Positions 9,897 through 19,658 of a DNA stretch of 64,000 nt are shown piece by piece (the stretch's first letter is position 1; each line of letters opens with the position of its first letter). Origin of the DNA: an uncultured Actinomycetota bacterium (GTDB lineage: Bacteria > Actinomycetota > Actinomycetes > JAHEKZ01). The notes under the pieces were generated by a model, which saw only the letters and a list, made by a program, of their open reading frames with translations, had not been told where the DNA came from and made no database searches. Location: assembly GCA_963743915.1 (NCBI GenBank), contig CAVURN010000003.1, positions 160,001 through 224,000 of the forward strand, given 5' to 3'. Made by a program: the position numbers and the translations under genes.

Positions 9897-12103
9897 TCAG
9901 ACGCTGGGCAGCAGGCCTCGCGCTCGCGCTCGTTCGACGGCGTCCCCCCGTGAGGTCGCACCCAGCTTGCGGTAGATGGAGATCGCCTGGCTCTTGACCG
10001 TGTGCCGGGACAGGAACAGTGCCTCGGCGATCTGCGGGAAGGACAGGTGGGTCGGCAGGTACTGGAGTACGCGCAGCTCTGCGGTGCTGAGGGTCTGACC
10101 CGCCTCGTCCGCCGCGTCCACGCCGAGAAGATCCTCCGTCTCCGCCAGAAGAGCCGTCAGCACGGCCGACCCCTGACCGTCGCCGAAGAGCTCCTTCGCC
10201 TCCTGCAGCAGGACGCGCGCTCTTCTCGGATCATCCAGATGCAGCCACACTTGCGCGAGCACCAGGCGACCCTGGATCGCGAACCAGGGGAGGCTCGGAC
10301 CGATCAGAGCGGTGAGGCGCAGGGCGTGGTCGGCCTCGGCCCGAGCCTGGTCCCGGCGTCCGGCAGCCAGGTGCACCCGGGCCAGGGTCGTGTGGATGAC
10401 CGCCCCCGGCGGCAGGTACTGCAGCTGGTGCGCGGCCTGGATCTTCGACGCCCGCGCCGCCAAGCCATCGGCCCGCATCCAGGGCCTCGGTCTGCAGCGC
10501 CAGCATCGCTTCACCGGCGAGGGCGAAGGCGAGCAGGTGCGGCACCGGCACCCGCTCGGACAGATCCCTGCACGAGACCAGGTCCGCGGCCGCCCGCTCC
10601 TGACGTCCGAGCAGGCTCTCCGCGCTCGCCCGCAGGTAGTACGCGACCGTGAGCCAGGGCTCCTGGTCGGAGAAGCCTGCGATCGCGCGGCTCGTCCTCT
10701 CGACCATGCCGTCGAGTCCGCCGACACCGAGGAAGGCCTCGAGGATCGCCAGGTCGAGGTGGTAGCGGCCGCCCGCCGTCCTCATGCGCGACCCGACGGC
10801 TCACCGCCGCCGCGTAGTGGGAGATGCGCTCGGCGTCCCCGACGTGCGAGGCAGTCCACGCAGCGGTGAGCGCTAGTCCGCACTGCGCCTCCAGCCGCTC
10901 TTCGGGGATCCCGTCGATGAGGCGCTGGACCACGGAGTACTTGCCGGAACCCAGGAGCAGCCCCGAGTGCTCCCAGACGAGGTCGCCGAGGAAGCGGTCG
11001 TCGGCACACTGGCGGGCGTGAGCGACAGCAGGCTCCAGCTCACCGGCGTCGGCGTACCACTCGGCGGCGGCTCGGTGCGCGGCGTGGAACCGCTCGGTGG
11101 AGCGGGCACGTAGCTCACTGCGGAGGAAGTCGGAGAACATCTGGTGAAGCCGGAACGACTCGCCGTCGCCACGGACATGCCCAATGAGCTGGTTGTGGGC
11201 GGCGAGGGTTCGGAGCCGAGCCAGCGACCCGGGGGACCCGGAGACAGAGTCGCAGATCGGTCCGGACAGCTCGTCGAGCACGGAGACCGACATGAGGAAC
11301 GCCGCGTCGGACTCGGAGAGGGCGGCGAAGAGCTCGTCACGGATGTAGTCCGACATCCAGCTCGGCGCCCAGGCCGAGGGGTGGGTCTCGGCAACGAGCT
11401 CCGGCGAGGTCAAGATGGCGCGTCCGAGAAGGTAGACGCCGATCGGCCAGCCCTCGGTGAGCTCGACCACCCGCTCCAGCTGATCTCCGGGCAGGTGCAC
11501 CCCGAGCTCGTCCAGCAACAGCTGCGTCTCGTCGTCGTCGAGCGCGAGATCGTCCGAAGCGAGCTCAAGTGTGCGGCCGGTGCTGCGCAGACGCCGGATC
11601 GCCTGCGGAGTCTCTTCGCGACTGGCGACCACGATCTGCGAGCCAGCGGGCAGAGCGGCAGCAAGCGACGCCAGCAGTGCGTCCGTCGTCGGGTCGGTGA
11701 CGTTCATGGCGTCGTCCAGCACCAGGACGAAGGGCTCGTCCTGGCTGGCGACCATCCGTTCGAGGGACGGCAGCACCACCGAGAACCAGAGCGCGGAGTC
11801 GTGCACCACGGGCAGGGCTGACAGCCCCGGCGCCGGCCCCGACAGCTCGACGGCCAGTCGCTCCGCCAGCATGGCGGCGTTCGTCCCCACGGGGAGGGCG
11901 AGCCAGATGACCCGTCGGGGCTGGCGCTGCGTCCACTGGGCCACGAGGGTCGACTTGCCGTAGCCACCGGGTGCACTGAGCGAGATGACCCGCGCGTCGG
12001 CCGCGGCGTCCAGCCGCTCGAGCAGCCTCGTCCTGGGGACGACAGCTGAGGGCGGAACGACCGGGGCCGATCCCGCCTGGACGGGGCCCGGGCCGAGACT
12101 CAC
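9897..12103 (-). CDS. MalT-like ATP-dependent LuxR-family transcriptional activator (frameshifts ~10780, ~10470; start approximate)
   Basis: 'VPRTRLLERL', Walker A 'APGGYGKSTL', 'LVLDD', 'TEGWPIG', C-terminal HTH 'LSTAELRVLQYLPTHLSFPQIAEALFLSRHTVKSQAISIYRKLG'. Confidence 0.92.
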
Positions 12104-12191
12104 GCGCCAAAGGGTAGAGGAGCGGCGCTCGCGCTGCGCCTCGGCGTCAACGAGGTGTGCACTCACCGGGTCTCGGGTGTTGGATCGGGAG

Positions 12192-13113
12192 ATGCTGCTC
12201 GATCCTCGGGAGGTGCCCCTCGGCGGGCCGCGCGCGATGCTCGTGCGTCGCACCCTTCCGCACAAGGCCATCCGGACCATCGGCGCGTTCTGCTTCGTCG
12301 ACCACTACGGCCCGAACCGCGGTGAACCCATGGTCGTCCCGCCACACCCGCACACCGGCCTGCAGACCGTCTCGTGGCTGCTCTCGGGGACCATCGACCA
12401 CCGGGACAGCGTCGGCTCGGTGCAGCGGATCCACCCCGGTGAGCTGAACCTCATGACCGCCGGTAGCGGGCATCGCGCACTCGGAGTACTCCGTGGGCGA
12501 CGACGCCTTGCACGGCGTCCAGCTCTGGGTCGCGCTGCCTGAAGACACCAGGCACCAAGATCCCCACTTCGAGCACCATGCCGAACTGCCCACGACCGCT
12601 CGCGACGATCTCGAGGTGCGCGTGGTCATGGGTGATCTGCTCGGCCTGCGTTCGCCGGCCGCGACCTACTCGCCGCTGGTCTGTGCCGAGCTCCGCCTGC
12701 GGCCCGGAGACCATCGGCTGCCGGTCGAGTCGGAGTTCGAGCACGGGCTGTTGCTGATCGACGGTGATCTGGTGGTGGACGGGACCCCAGTCCCTCGCAC
12801 CGCGCTCCTGCACCGCTCGTCGGGGACCGATGCGCTTGACCTCGCGTCGTCCGGCGGCGCCACGGCTCTGCTGATCGGTGGCGAGCCGCTCGCCGAAGAC
12901 CTGCTCATGTGGTGGAACTTCGTGGGTCGGACGCACGAGGAGATCGTCGCCGCCCGGGACGCCTGGGCCTCCGGTCGCTTCGCCCCTGTGGTGGACGACG
13001 CGAGGGACCCGCTGCCGGCGCCGGACCTTCCCGGCGTCCGGCTGAAGCCACGGCCCAACCGGCCTGTCCGTCCGGAGGGAGTTGCCGACTCTATACCCCC
13101 TGGGGTATTCTGA
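12192..13113 (+). CDS. Pirin family protein (frameshift ~12465)
   Basis: 'VRRTLP...IGAFCFVDHYGP...PHPHTGLQTVSWL...HRDS...LNLMTAG', 'LHGVQLWVALP', 'MWWNFV'. Confidence 0.93.
13082..13111 (+). promoter_or_regulatory. Housekeeping-type promoter (TTGCCG-N18-TATTCT) overlapped by a CsoR/CstR/RicR-type operator ATACCCCCTGGGGTAT (13093-13108)
   Basis: ATA-C4-CT-G4-TAT palindrome lies between the -35 and -10 hexamers and overlaps the -10. Confidence 0.8.
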
Positions 13114-13145
13114 CGCGACCTTCCGACGACCGAGGAGAGCGAAGC

Positions 13146-13262
13146 ATGTGCAGTCCTGCCCGATGCCGCGGATGCGGAAAGACCACCTGGTCCGGCTGCG
13201 GAAACCACGCCGACCAGGTCCTCAGCTCCGTCGCACCGAGTGACCGCTGCGGCTGCCGCTGA
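13146..13262 (+). CDS. 38-aa Cys-rich peptide MCSPARCRGCGKTTWSGCGNHADQVLSSVAPSDRCGCR, putative metal or sulfur binder
   Basis: GAGGAG RBS, own promoter and operator, downstream hairpin; 6 Cys + 1 His (CxxC, CxxH, CxC). Confidence 0.85.
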   Translation: MCSPARCRGCGKTTWSGCGNHADQVLSSVAPSDRCGCR

Positions 13263-13272
13263 GCCGCCCAAT

Positions 13273-13323
13273 GCCGAGTGCGGGGCTGGATGACGTGGAG
13301 CGTCATCCAGCCCCGCACTCGGC
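13273..13323. repeat. REP-like perfect 23-bp-arm hairpin (same family as 8521), likely also a bidirectional terminator
   Basis: GCCGAGTGCGGGGCTGGATGACG-TGGAG-CGTCATCCAGCCCCGCACTCGGC followed by GGGCTTTT. Confidence 0.85.
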
Positions 13324-13347
13324 GGGCTTTTCCGGTCTTTGGTGTGG

Positions 13348-13722
13348 CTAGCTGAGGGCCTTCGCCTTGATCGAGTCGAACTCGGCCTGGCTGATGGCGC
13401 CGGAGTCGAGCAGCTCCTTGGCGCGCGCGATCTGGTCAGCAGGTGAGCTGCCGGCCGCCTCGCGGATGTAGGCGTCCTGGGCCTGCTTCATCTCGGTGGC
13501 TGCGGCCGCGTTGCGCTCGGCCATGCCGTGGCCCCGGACGATCAGGTAGATCAGCGCGGTGAGGAACGGGATGAAGATCAGAGCGAAGACCCAGATCGCC
13601 TTGACGAAGCCATTGGTCTCCTTGTCGCGGAACAGGTCGCTCAGGATCGAGAAGAGCACCATCAGCCACGCGAAGAACAGGAACGAGATGGCGATGAACC
13701 AGACGATGTCCCAGAAGCTCAC
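13348..13722 (-). CDS. PLDc_N-like 2-TM + SHOCT membrane protein
   Basis: 'FSILSDLFRDKETNGFVKAIWV...YLIVRGHGMAER', SHOCT 'ADQIARAKELLDSGAISQAEFDSIKAKAL'. Confidence 0.9.
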   Translation of the reverse strand: MSFWDIVWFIAISFLFFAWLMVLFSILSDLFRDKETNGFVKAIWVFALIFIPFLTALIYLIVRGHGMAERNAAAATEMKQAQDAYIREAAGSSPADQIARAKELLDSGAISQAEFDSIKAKALS

Positions 13723-13805
13723 AGGACTACCTTTCTGACAGCGACGGACACCCCGACGGCACCCGATCGGGGCTCATGCTCCCACAGGAGCCGCGCCATA
13801 CCCCA

Positions 13806-13822
13806 TCACCCCGGCGGCATGA
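13806..13822. promoter_or_regulatory. 17-bp TCACCC-N5-GCATGA site (recurring motif, copy 2)
   Basis: Upstream of SHOCT gene 13722, 24 bp from a minus-strand GAGCAT -10-like hexamer. Confidence 0.55.
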
Positions 13823-13832
13823 AGCGCCCCGC

Positions 13833-15993
13833 TCAGCCCCGGGGCAGGTCCTGCCGGTGCCCGGCGGAAGGCAGGTCCTGCCGGTGCCCGAGGCGCTCCA
13901 GCCAGCGGACGAACTGCCGGTGGATGTTCTCCGCCCCCCAGATGCGCCCCGCTGGGTCGGTGAGGTCGGCGTCGACGGTCCACGCGGCCGGGTGCACCAC
14001 CATCGGGAAGGTCTGCCAGCCGCCGAGTCCGCCGTGGCAGCCCACGAGCTCCTCGAAGGCCGCGACCTCGTCGAGGCTCTCGTTGTAGAACGAGTTCAGG
14101 TAGACGTCGGGAGCGTCGGGGAACTCGGCGATCCGCAGCAGGTCCTCGCGGGCGTGGGCCTCGAAGCCGGACAAGCGGGTCGTCACCGGTCACCTCTCCG
14201 GTGCGCAGGTCCATCGAGCCGTGCTTCCCGATCACCACCGGACCACGCTCCGACATCACCGTGGCGAATCCGACTCCGGGGTGGGCGACCAGACCGGCGA
14301 CCAGACCCGGGTACGCCTCCTCGAGCTGGCCGAGGTGCTGCCTTCCCGGCAGGCGGGGAAACCAGACTCCCCCGAGGTTCCCCGACCCCACGACCACCAG
14401 GGCCGGACGTTCGGCGTCCGGGCCGCCTGCCGCCTGCTTCTGCTCGGCGACCGGTCCCAGGGCGCTGTCGGAGTCCCGCCTCTTGGTCACGCGTCGGGCG
14501 ACCTTGGCCGACACCGACTGCTGCTGGGCGAGCTGGCCGACGAGCACGTTGACCGGTCCCCACGCCTCGACGTCAGCCAACGCCTCCACGCCGGCGCCGC
14601 CGTCGTCCATCAGCGACTCCACCAGCTGCTGCAGCGTCATGCCGTACCGCTGCTTGAAGGTGGCGCCCTGGCTCTGCCCGTGGTCGGAGACGAGGACGAT
14701 CTCGTACGGACGCGGAGTGATCCCTGAGCTGGCGACCCGCTCGAGCGTGGACACGACGCGGTCGAGTCCGAAGAGCGCATCGGTGGCCTCGCGCCGCACC
14801 ACGCCGGCGTGGTGGGCGATCTCGTCGTAGTCGACGTAGTCGACGTAGATCGACTTCGCGCCGCGCATCATCGACTCGACCACGAGCGCGGTGTTGAGGT
14901 CACGCAGCAGCACGTTCGTGACGCCACGCAGCAGCACGTAGCTGCCGTGCCGGTCGATGCGGGGCTCGATCCCACGCCGCCGCTGCTGGCGAGCCTGGTA
15001 GAGCTCCTTGAGCATCTCGCCGATCGTCATCACGAACGCGCGCGCGAAGCCGGCCGGGTGCGTGAAGAAGGCCGCATACGACTGCGACGGGCCGAGCCCG
15101 GATCTCGGCTGCTTCATGCCGCTCATCGTCAACAGGGAGACCGGGGCGTCACCGGAGAAGAGGTTGCTGATGCTCACCCCGTCGTCGGCCAGCAGTCCTC
15201 GTCCGTCGCTGACCCGCGACTCGATGAGTGCGGCGTCCGGTGGGTGGTTGGCGACGACGAGCTCGCCCCGCTCCTTCTCGTACCAGCGGAACGCCGGGAT
15301 GTTGTCGTTGTTGCCGTGCAGGATCCCCGCCTGGCTGACCGGTGTCGTGCTCGGCAGCGCGGTGTTCCACGCGTCCATGCGGTGCGTGCCCGTCCGCAGC
15401 CAGCGACTGATCGTGGGCACGTTGCCGGCCAGCACGTGCCAACGCAGCACCGCTTCGGGTACGCCGTCGAGCTGCAGGAACAGCACCCCAGGCTGGTCGG
15501 TCGGCTCCTGCTGCTCGTTGCGCATGCTCATGCGGGCGGCGTGCACGATCAGATAGTTCTGGGTGTTCACCGAGAACAGCCAGCTGATCAGGGCCAGGAT
15601 GATGCCGTAGATCCAGGACGCCAGCAGCGTCTCCCAGAAGCTGCCCACCACCATGCCTGGGGTCAGGTTCAGGATGATGTCGATGACCACCGCGTTCGCG
15701 AAGATGGCGAGCAGGATCGCTCCCACCCAGCCGAGGAAGCTCGCCACCCACGCGAGCACGACCTGCGCGAAGGGGCTCAGCAGCGAGAACAACAGCGCCG
15801 CCAGCGGGATGGACCACCACTCGTCCGGGTAGATCCCCGGTGTGAGGGCGATGGTGAAGGCCAGCACCGCCCACGTCACGACGTAGTTGGCCACCATCTG
15901 CCGAAGCGTGGAGCGGCGGTCGGGGGTCGATCGGCCGGCCAGCGCCGCTGCGAGCTTCTGCTCGCGCCTCCGTCGCTCCCAGAAGCGGCTCAT
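13833..15993 (-). CDS. 4-TM holin-like domain fused to an alkaline-phosphatase/nucleotide-pyrophosphatase domain (frameshift ~14180)
   Basis: N-terminal 4 TM; 'FLQLDGV', 'LPSTTPVSQAGILHG', 'YVDYDEIAHHAG', 'LVSDHGQSQG', C-terminal 'FEELVGCHGGLGGWQ' in another frame. Confidence 0.85.
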
Positions 15994-16066
15994 GAGTACG
16001 GCGATCCCTTCTTTCTACGGGATCCCTGTGACAGGGCACCCGAAGGGTTGAGCGGGGCGCGCCTCA

Positions 16067-16137
16067 CGGGGTCACTCGCATGGGGTCACTCGCATGGGTC
16101 ACTCGCCGGGCTCACTCGCATGGGGTCACTCGCCGCC
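16067..16137. repeat. Tandem repeat of ~5 imperfect 13-14-bp units (GG)GGTCACTCGCAT
   Basis: ggggtcactcgcat ggggtcactcgcat gggtcactcgcc gggctcactcgcat ggggtcactcgcc; the last unit contains the LURP1 stop codon. Confidence 0.85.
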
Positions 16138-16635
16138 TCGGCGGGAGAGGGCGTCGATGCAGACGGTGATCGCCAGCAGCAACGGGACGTTCTGCTCGCC
16201 CTCGACCTCGACCCCGTAGGTGTCCCTGACCCGGAACCACTTGCGCGAGACCTCGGCCACCTGGTCGCCGTCACGCTCGATCTCGTACTCGTGGTCGAGG
16301 AAGTTGCCCTTGGCCGTGTAGTCCTCGCCGTCCTCGAAGTCGACGACGTACCGGTCACGGATGCCGAGCAGACGCTTGTGCACCTTCGCCTCACGCCCAC
16401 CGATCTCGATCGTCATCGTGTCGCGGATCGCGAGCTTCTTCTCCTTGATGGTGGCGAGCTCCTTGCCGGACGCGTCCTCGAGGACGAACGTCTCTCGGAA
16501 ACGCACGGCCTTTCCGTCGACCTTGTACACCTTCTCGCCGTCGGAGTCCTCGACCCAGAAGTCGTTCCCGATGTCGAAGACCTTCTCGCGCATGCAGAAG
16601 GTGCGCTTGGTGGGCTTGTCGCGCCGTAGTCCCAT
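16126..16635 (-). CDS. LURP-one-related / scramblase-like (Tubby C-terminal) protein
   Basis: 'MREKVFDIGNDFWVEDSDGEKVYKVDGK', 'GNFLDHEYEI', 'VSRKWFRVRDTYGVEV'. Confidence 0.9.
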   Translation of the reverse strand: MGLRRDKPTKRTFCMREKVFDIGNDFWVEDSDGEKVYKVDGKAVRFRETFVLEDASGKELATIKEKKLAIRDTMTIEIGGREAKVHKRLLGIRDRYVVDFEDGEDYTAKGNFLDHEYEIERDGDQVAEVSRKWFRVRDTYGVEVEGEQNVPLLLAITVCIDALSRRGGE

Positions 16636-16689
16636 GGCTGTCCCTTCGGTTGCTACCGGGACCGTACCGGGGGTTGGGCGTGGCGCGAA

Positions 16690-16706
16690 TCACCCTGCCG
16701 GGGCGA
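16690..16706. promoter_or_regulatory. 17-bp TCACCC-N5-GGGCGA site (recurring motif, copy 3), between divergent genes
   Basis: 23 bp from minus-strand TACGGT (16661-16666) and 22 bp from plus-strand CAGGGT (16729-16734). Confidence 0.65.
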
Positions 16707-16767
16707 TGCCGGTGTGGTCGATCGGAGGCAGGGTATGGAGTAGGGCACTACTACCAAGGAGGACGAC

Positions 16768-16935
16768 ATGGCCGAGGCCACGACCGCAGACCGGCTCGAG
16801 ATCGTCGAGGTGCCCGAGCTTGCCGACCTCGAACAGGCCAAGAGCCGCGGGCTGCTCAAGGGGATCCTGATCGCGGCCGGAGTGGCTATCATCGCGGCGG
16901 CGATCGCCACCGTCTTCAGTCGGCGCTCCGGCTAA
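16768..16935 (+). CDS. 55-aa C-terminally anchored small membrane protein (absent from the ORF track)
   Basis: AAGGAGG RBS; MAEATTADRLEIVEVPELADLEQAKSRGLLKGILIAAGVAIIAAAIATVFSRRSG*; GC3-rich codons. Confidence 0.75.
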   Translation: MAEATTADRLEIVEVPELADLEQAKSRGLLKGILIAAGVAIIAAAIATVFSRRSG

Positions 16936-16969
16936 GCCCCTGGCGTCGTGAGACGCGAAGGAGGCGCGG

Positions 16970-18160
16970 GTGCCCGATCCGCTCACCAGCCTCTTCGTCG
17001 TCATGCTGGTGGCAGCAGCGGCACCGATCGTCACGCGACTGCTGCCGGACGCCGTGCCCCAGGTCCTCGTCCTGCTCATCGGCGGAGTCCTGATCGGGCC
17101 AGAGGTGCTCGGGTGGGCCGAACGCCCTGACATCGAGCTCATTGCCCAGGTCGGCCTCGGACTTCTCTTCCTGCTCGCGGGCTACGAGCTTCCGCCGTTG
17201 CTGCTCCGCCAGCGGACCGGACGCCTCGCCCTCTACGCCTGGCTCGTCTCCGTCGTGCTGGCGATGGCCATCGTGGGACTGCTCGAGCTGGCCGGCCTGG
17301 TCAAGACGTTCGTCCCGGTCTCCCTGGCCCTCACCACGACGGCGCTGGGGACGCTGCTGCCGATCCTCCGCGACAACGGGATGCTCACCGGACCGATCGG
17401 CTCCTACATCTTCGCCGCCGGAGCAGTCGGCGAGCTCGGTCCCGTTCTGGCCATCTCGATCTTCCTGGGCGCGAACGGGTCCTGGCAGTCTCTGCTGGCC
17501 ATCCTCGCCATCGCCGGCGTCGCCTACGTCCTCGCCCGACTCCCCCGCCACCTGGCGGGTACGCGACTCGGTGAGATCGTCGCGACCACGCAGGAGGCGA
17601 CGTCACAGTCGGTGCTCCGCGCCACCATCTGCCTGCTCCTCGGCGCCCTGCTGCTCACCCGGGACTTCGGCCTCGACATCGTGCTCGGCGCCTTCCTGGC
17701 CGGAATGATCCTCAAGGGCTCCAGCGACACCCCCGAGGCGCAGCACGAGCGCCTGCTCGACAAGCTGGACGCGGTCGCCTACGGCTTCTTCATCCCGGTC
17801 TTCTTCGTGTTCTCCGGGATGGGGCTCGACCTGGCGTCGCTGGCCGACAACCCGGTGCGCCTGCTCGTGTTCTTCGCCCTGATGCTGCTGGTCCGCGGCG
17901 GCCCTGCCCTGTGGGTCTACCGGAAGGACCTCCGGTTGCCCGAGCGGGTCGAGCTGATGCTGCTGTCGGCCACGGCGCTGCCGCTGATCATCGCCCTGGC
18001 CGAGATCGGGCTCGAGAACGGCACGATGCTCCCGGAGAACGCGGCCGCCCTGGTCGGCGCCGGCGCACTGACGGTCGCGGTGTTCCCGTGGGCCGCCACC
18101 TGGGTCCGCGATCGCCACCGACCCGAGACCGCTCCGGCCACCGCCTCTGACCTGCGATAA
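16970..18160 (+). CDS. Cation:proton antiporter (CPA2/Na_H_Exchanger)
   Basis: About 12 TM; 'GLGLLFLLAGYEL', 'LALTTTALGTLLPILRD', 'LGAFLAG', 'GFFIPVFFVFSG'. Confidence 0.92.
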   Translation: MPDPLTSLFVVMLVAAAAPIVTRLLPDAVPQVLVLLIGGVLIGPEVLGWAERPDIELIAQVGLGLLFLLAGYELPPLLLRQRTGRLALYAWLVSVVLAMAIVGLLELAGLVKTFVPVSLALTTTALGTLLPILRDNGMLTGPIGSYIFAAGAVGELGPVLAISIFLGANGSWQSLLAILAIAGVAYVLARLPRHLAGTRLGEIVATTQEATSQSVLRATICLLLGALLLTRDFGLDIVLGAFLAGMILKGSSDTPEAQHERLLDKLDAVAYGFFIPVFFVFSGMGLDLASLADNPVRLLVFFALMLLVRGGPALWVYRKDLRLPERVELMLLSATALPLIIALAEIGLENGTMLPENAAALVGAGALTVAVFPWAATWVRDRHRPETAPATASDLR

Positions 18161-18167
18161 CTCCTGC

Positions 18168-18211
18168 TGCAAGCGGCATACAAGGGCACGACAAGGGGCC
18201 ACGGCGACGGT
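18168..18211 (+). promoter_or_regulatory. Three direct repeats at 11-bp phase (TGCAAG/TACAAG/GACAAG) plus -10 GACGGT; SARP-type target promoter
   Basis: Repeats start at 18168, 18179 and 18190; -10-like hexamer at 18206-18211. Confidence 0.65.
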
Positions 18212-18251
18212 GGGTGCACCCGAAAGGCACCACACCCAAGGAGCAGTCACC

Positions 18252-19640
18252 GTGACCACCACATCCACCCCCACCATCCTCGACGAGCACACCCTGGTCG
18301 AGGCTCTCCGCCGGGTCTGCGGCGGAGCCGTCCACGAGCCGGGCGACCCCGGCTACGACGACGCCCGGCAGCCCTGGGCGATCGAGGTCGACCAACGTCC
18401 GCGCGTCGTCGTCTACCCCGCAGACGCCGAAGAGGTGGCGGCCGTCGTCCGCCTCGCGGCCGCTGCTCGCGTACCCGTCGTGCCCCAGGGCACCGGACAC
18501 AACCCGGGCCCGATCGGTCCGATGCACGACGCGATCCTGCTGCGCACCGGCGCCATCCGGGATGTCGAGGTCGACGCGGAGAGCCGCATCGCGCGCGTCG
18601 GAGCCGGAGCGCTCTGGATCGACGTCGTCGAGACCGTGGCTCCGTACGGCCTGATGGCCCTGCACGGCTCCTCGCCCGACGTCGGCGTCACCGGCTACTC
18701 GCTCGGCGGCGGCATCGGTTGGTACGCCCGGTTCCACGGGATGCAGACGAACAACCTCACCGCGGTCGAGCTCGTGCTCCCGGACGGCACACCGACGCGT
18801 GCCAGTGCCGACGAGAACCCTGACCTGTTCTGGGCGCTCCGCGGCGGCGGCGGCAACTTCGGTGTCGTGACCGCGCTCGAGATGAAGCTGTTCCCGATCG
18901 AGACGGCCTACGCGGGCTGGCTCATCTGGGACTGGAGCCAGGCCGAGCGGGTGCTCACCGGCTGGGCCGAGTGGTCGCTCACCGCGCCGGACGAGATCTC
19001 GACGTCGTTCCGCATCCTGCAGCTGCCCGACATCGAGGACGTCCCCCCGCCCCTGCGCGGACGCCAGATCGTCGCGATCAACGGGGCCGTGCTCGGCACC
19101 GACGACGAGGCCGCGGCGATCATCGCGCCGCTCCGGGACATGCAGCCCGACATGGACACCTTCGAACGTCAGCCCGCCGCCGCGCTCTCGCGGCTGCACG
19201 CCGACCCCGAAGGCCCCACGCCGGCGGTGTCCGGCGCGTACATGCTCGGCAAGCTGGACGCTGCAGGCATCCGTGCCTTCGTCGAGCAGTTCGGTCACGA
19301 GTCCGGGTCGCACCTGCTGCTCGCCGAGCTGCGTCAGCTGGGTGGAGCACTGGCGCGTCCCCACGAAGGGGCCGGAGCGCTGCCCTCCCTCGACGGTGAG
19401 TACGCGTTCCTGGCGGTCGGCGTGCCGATGGACGAGGACACGGCCAAGCTGCAGCAGGCCGAGATCGAGCGCGCGCTGGACGCGCTGCGTCCCTGGGCGA
19501 ACGGTCGCGAGTACGGGAACTTCGCCGAGAACCCGACCGACCCGGCACGGTTCTACGCTCCGGGCGTCTACGAGCGCCTGCAGCGCATTCGCCGGCAGGT
19601 CGACCCGTTCCACCAGCTGCGGGCCAACCACCGCATCTGA
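18252..19640 (+). CDS. FAD-binding oxidoreductase (VAO/berberine-bridge-like)
   Basis: 'PGDPGYDDARQPW', 'QGTGHN', 'VGVTGYSLGGGIGW', 'DLFWALRGGGGNFGVVT', 'YGNF...RLQRIRRQVDP'; AAGGAG RBS. Confidence 0.93.
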   Translation: MTTTSTPTILDEHTLVEALRRVCGGAVHEPGDPGYDDARQPWAIEVDQRPRVVVYPADAEEVAAVVRLAAAARVPVVPQGTGHNPGPIGPMHDAILLRTGAIRDVEVDAESRIARVGAGALWIDVVETVAPYGLMALHGSSPDVGVTGYSLGGGIGWYARFHGMQTNNLTAVELVLPDGTPTRASADENPDLFWALRGGGGNFGVVTALEMKLFPIETAYAGWLIWDWSQAERVLTGWAEWSLTAPDEISTSFRILQLPDIEDVPPPLRGRQIVAINGAVLGTDDEAAAIIAPLRDMQPDMDTFERQPAAALSRLHADPEGPTPAVSGAYMLGKLDAAGIRAFVEQFGHESGSHLLLAELRQLGGALARPHEGAGALPSLDGEYAFLAVGVPMDEDTAKLQQAEIERALDALRPWANGREYGNFAENPTDPARFYAPGVYERLQRIRRQVDPFHQLRANHRI

Positions 19641-19658
19641 CCGGCCCCCTCACGGGGG

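Noticed and set aside
13833-15993. Prophage suggested by the holin-like domain
   Set aside because: Domain is fused to a phosphatase; no integrase, endolysin or structural phage genes nearby
16067-16137. Possible CRISPR array
   Set aside because: Units are 13-14 bp, contiguous, with no unique spacers and no cas genes in the window
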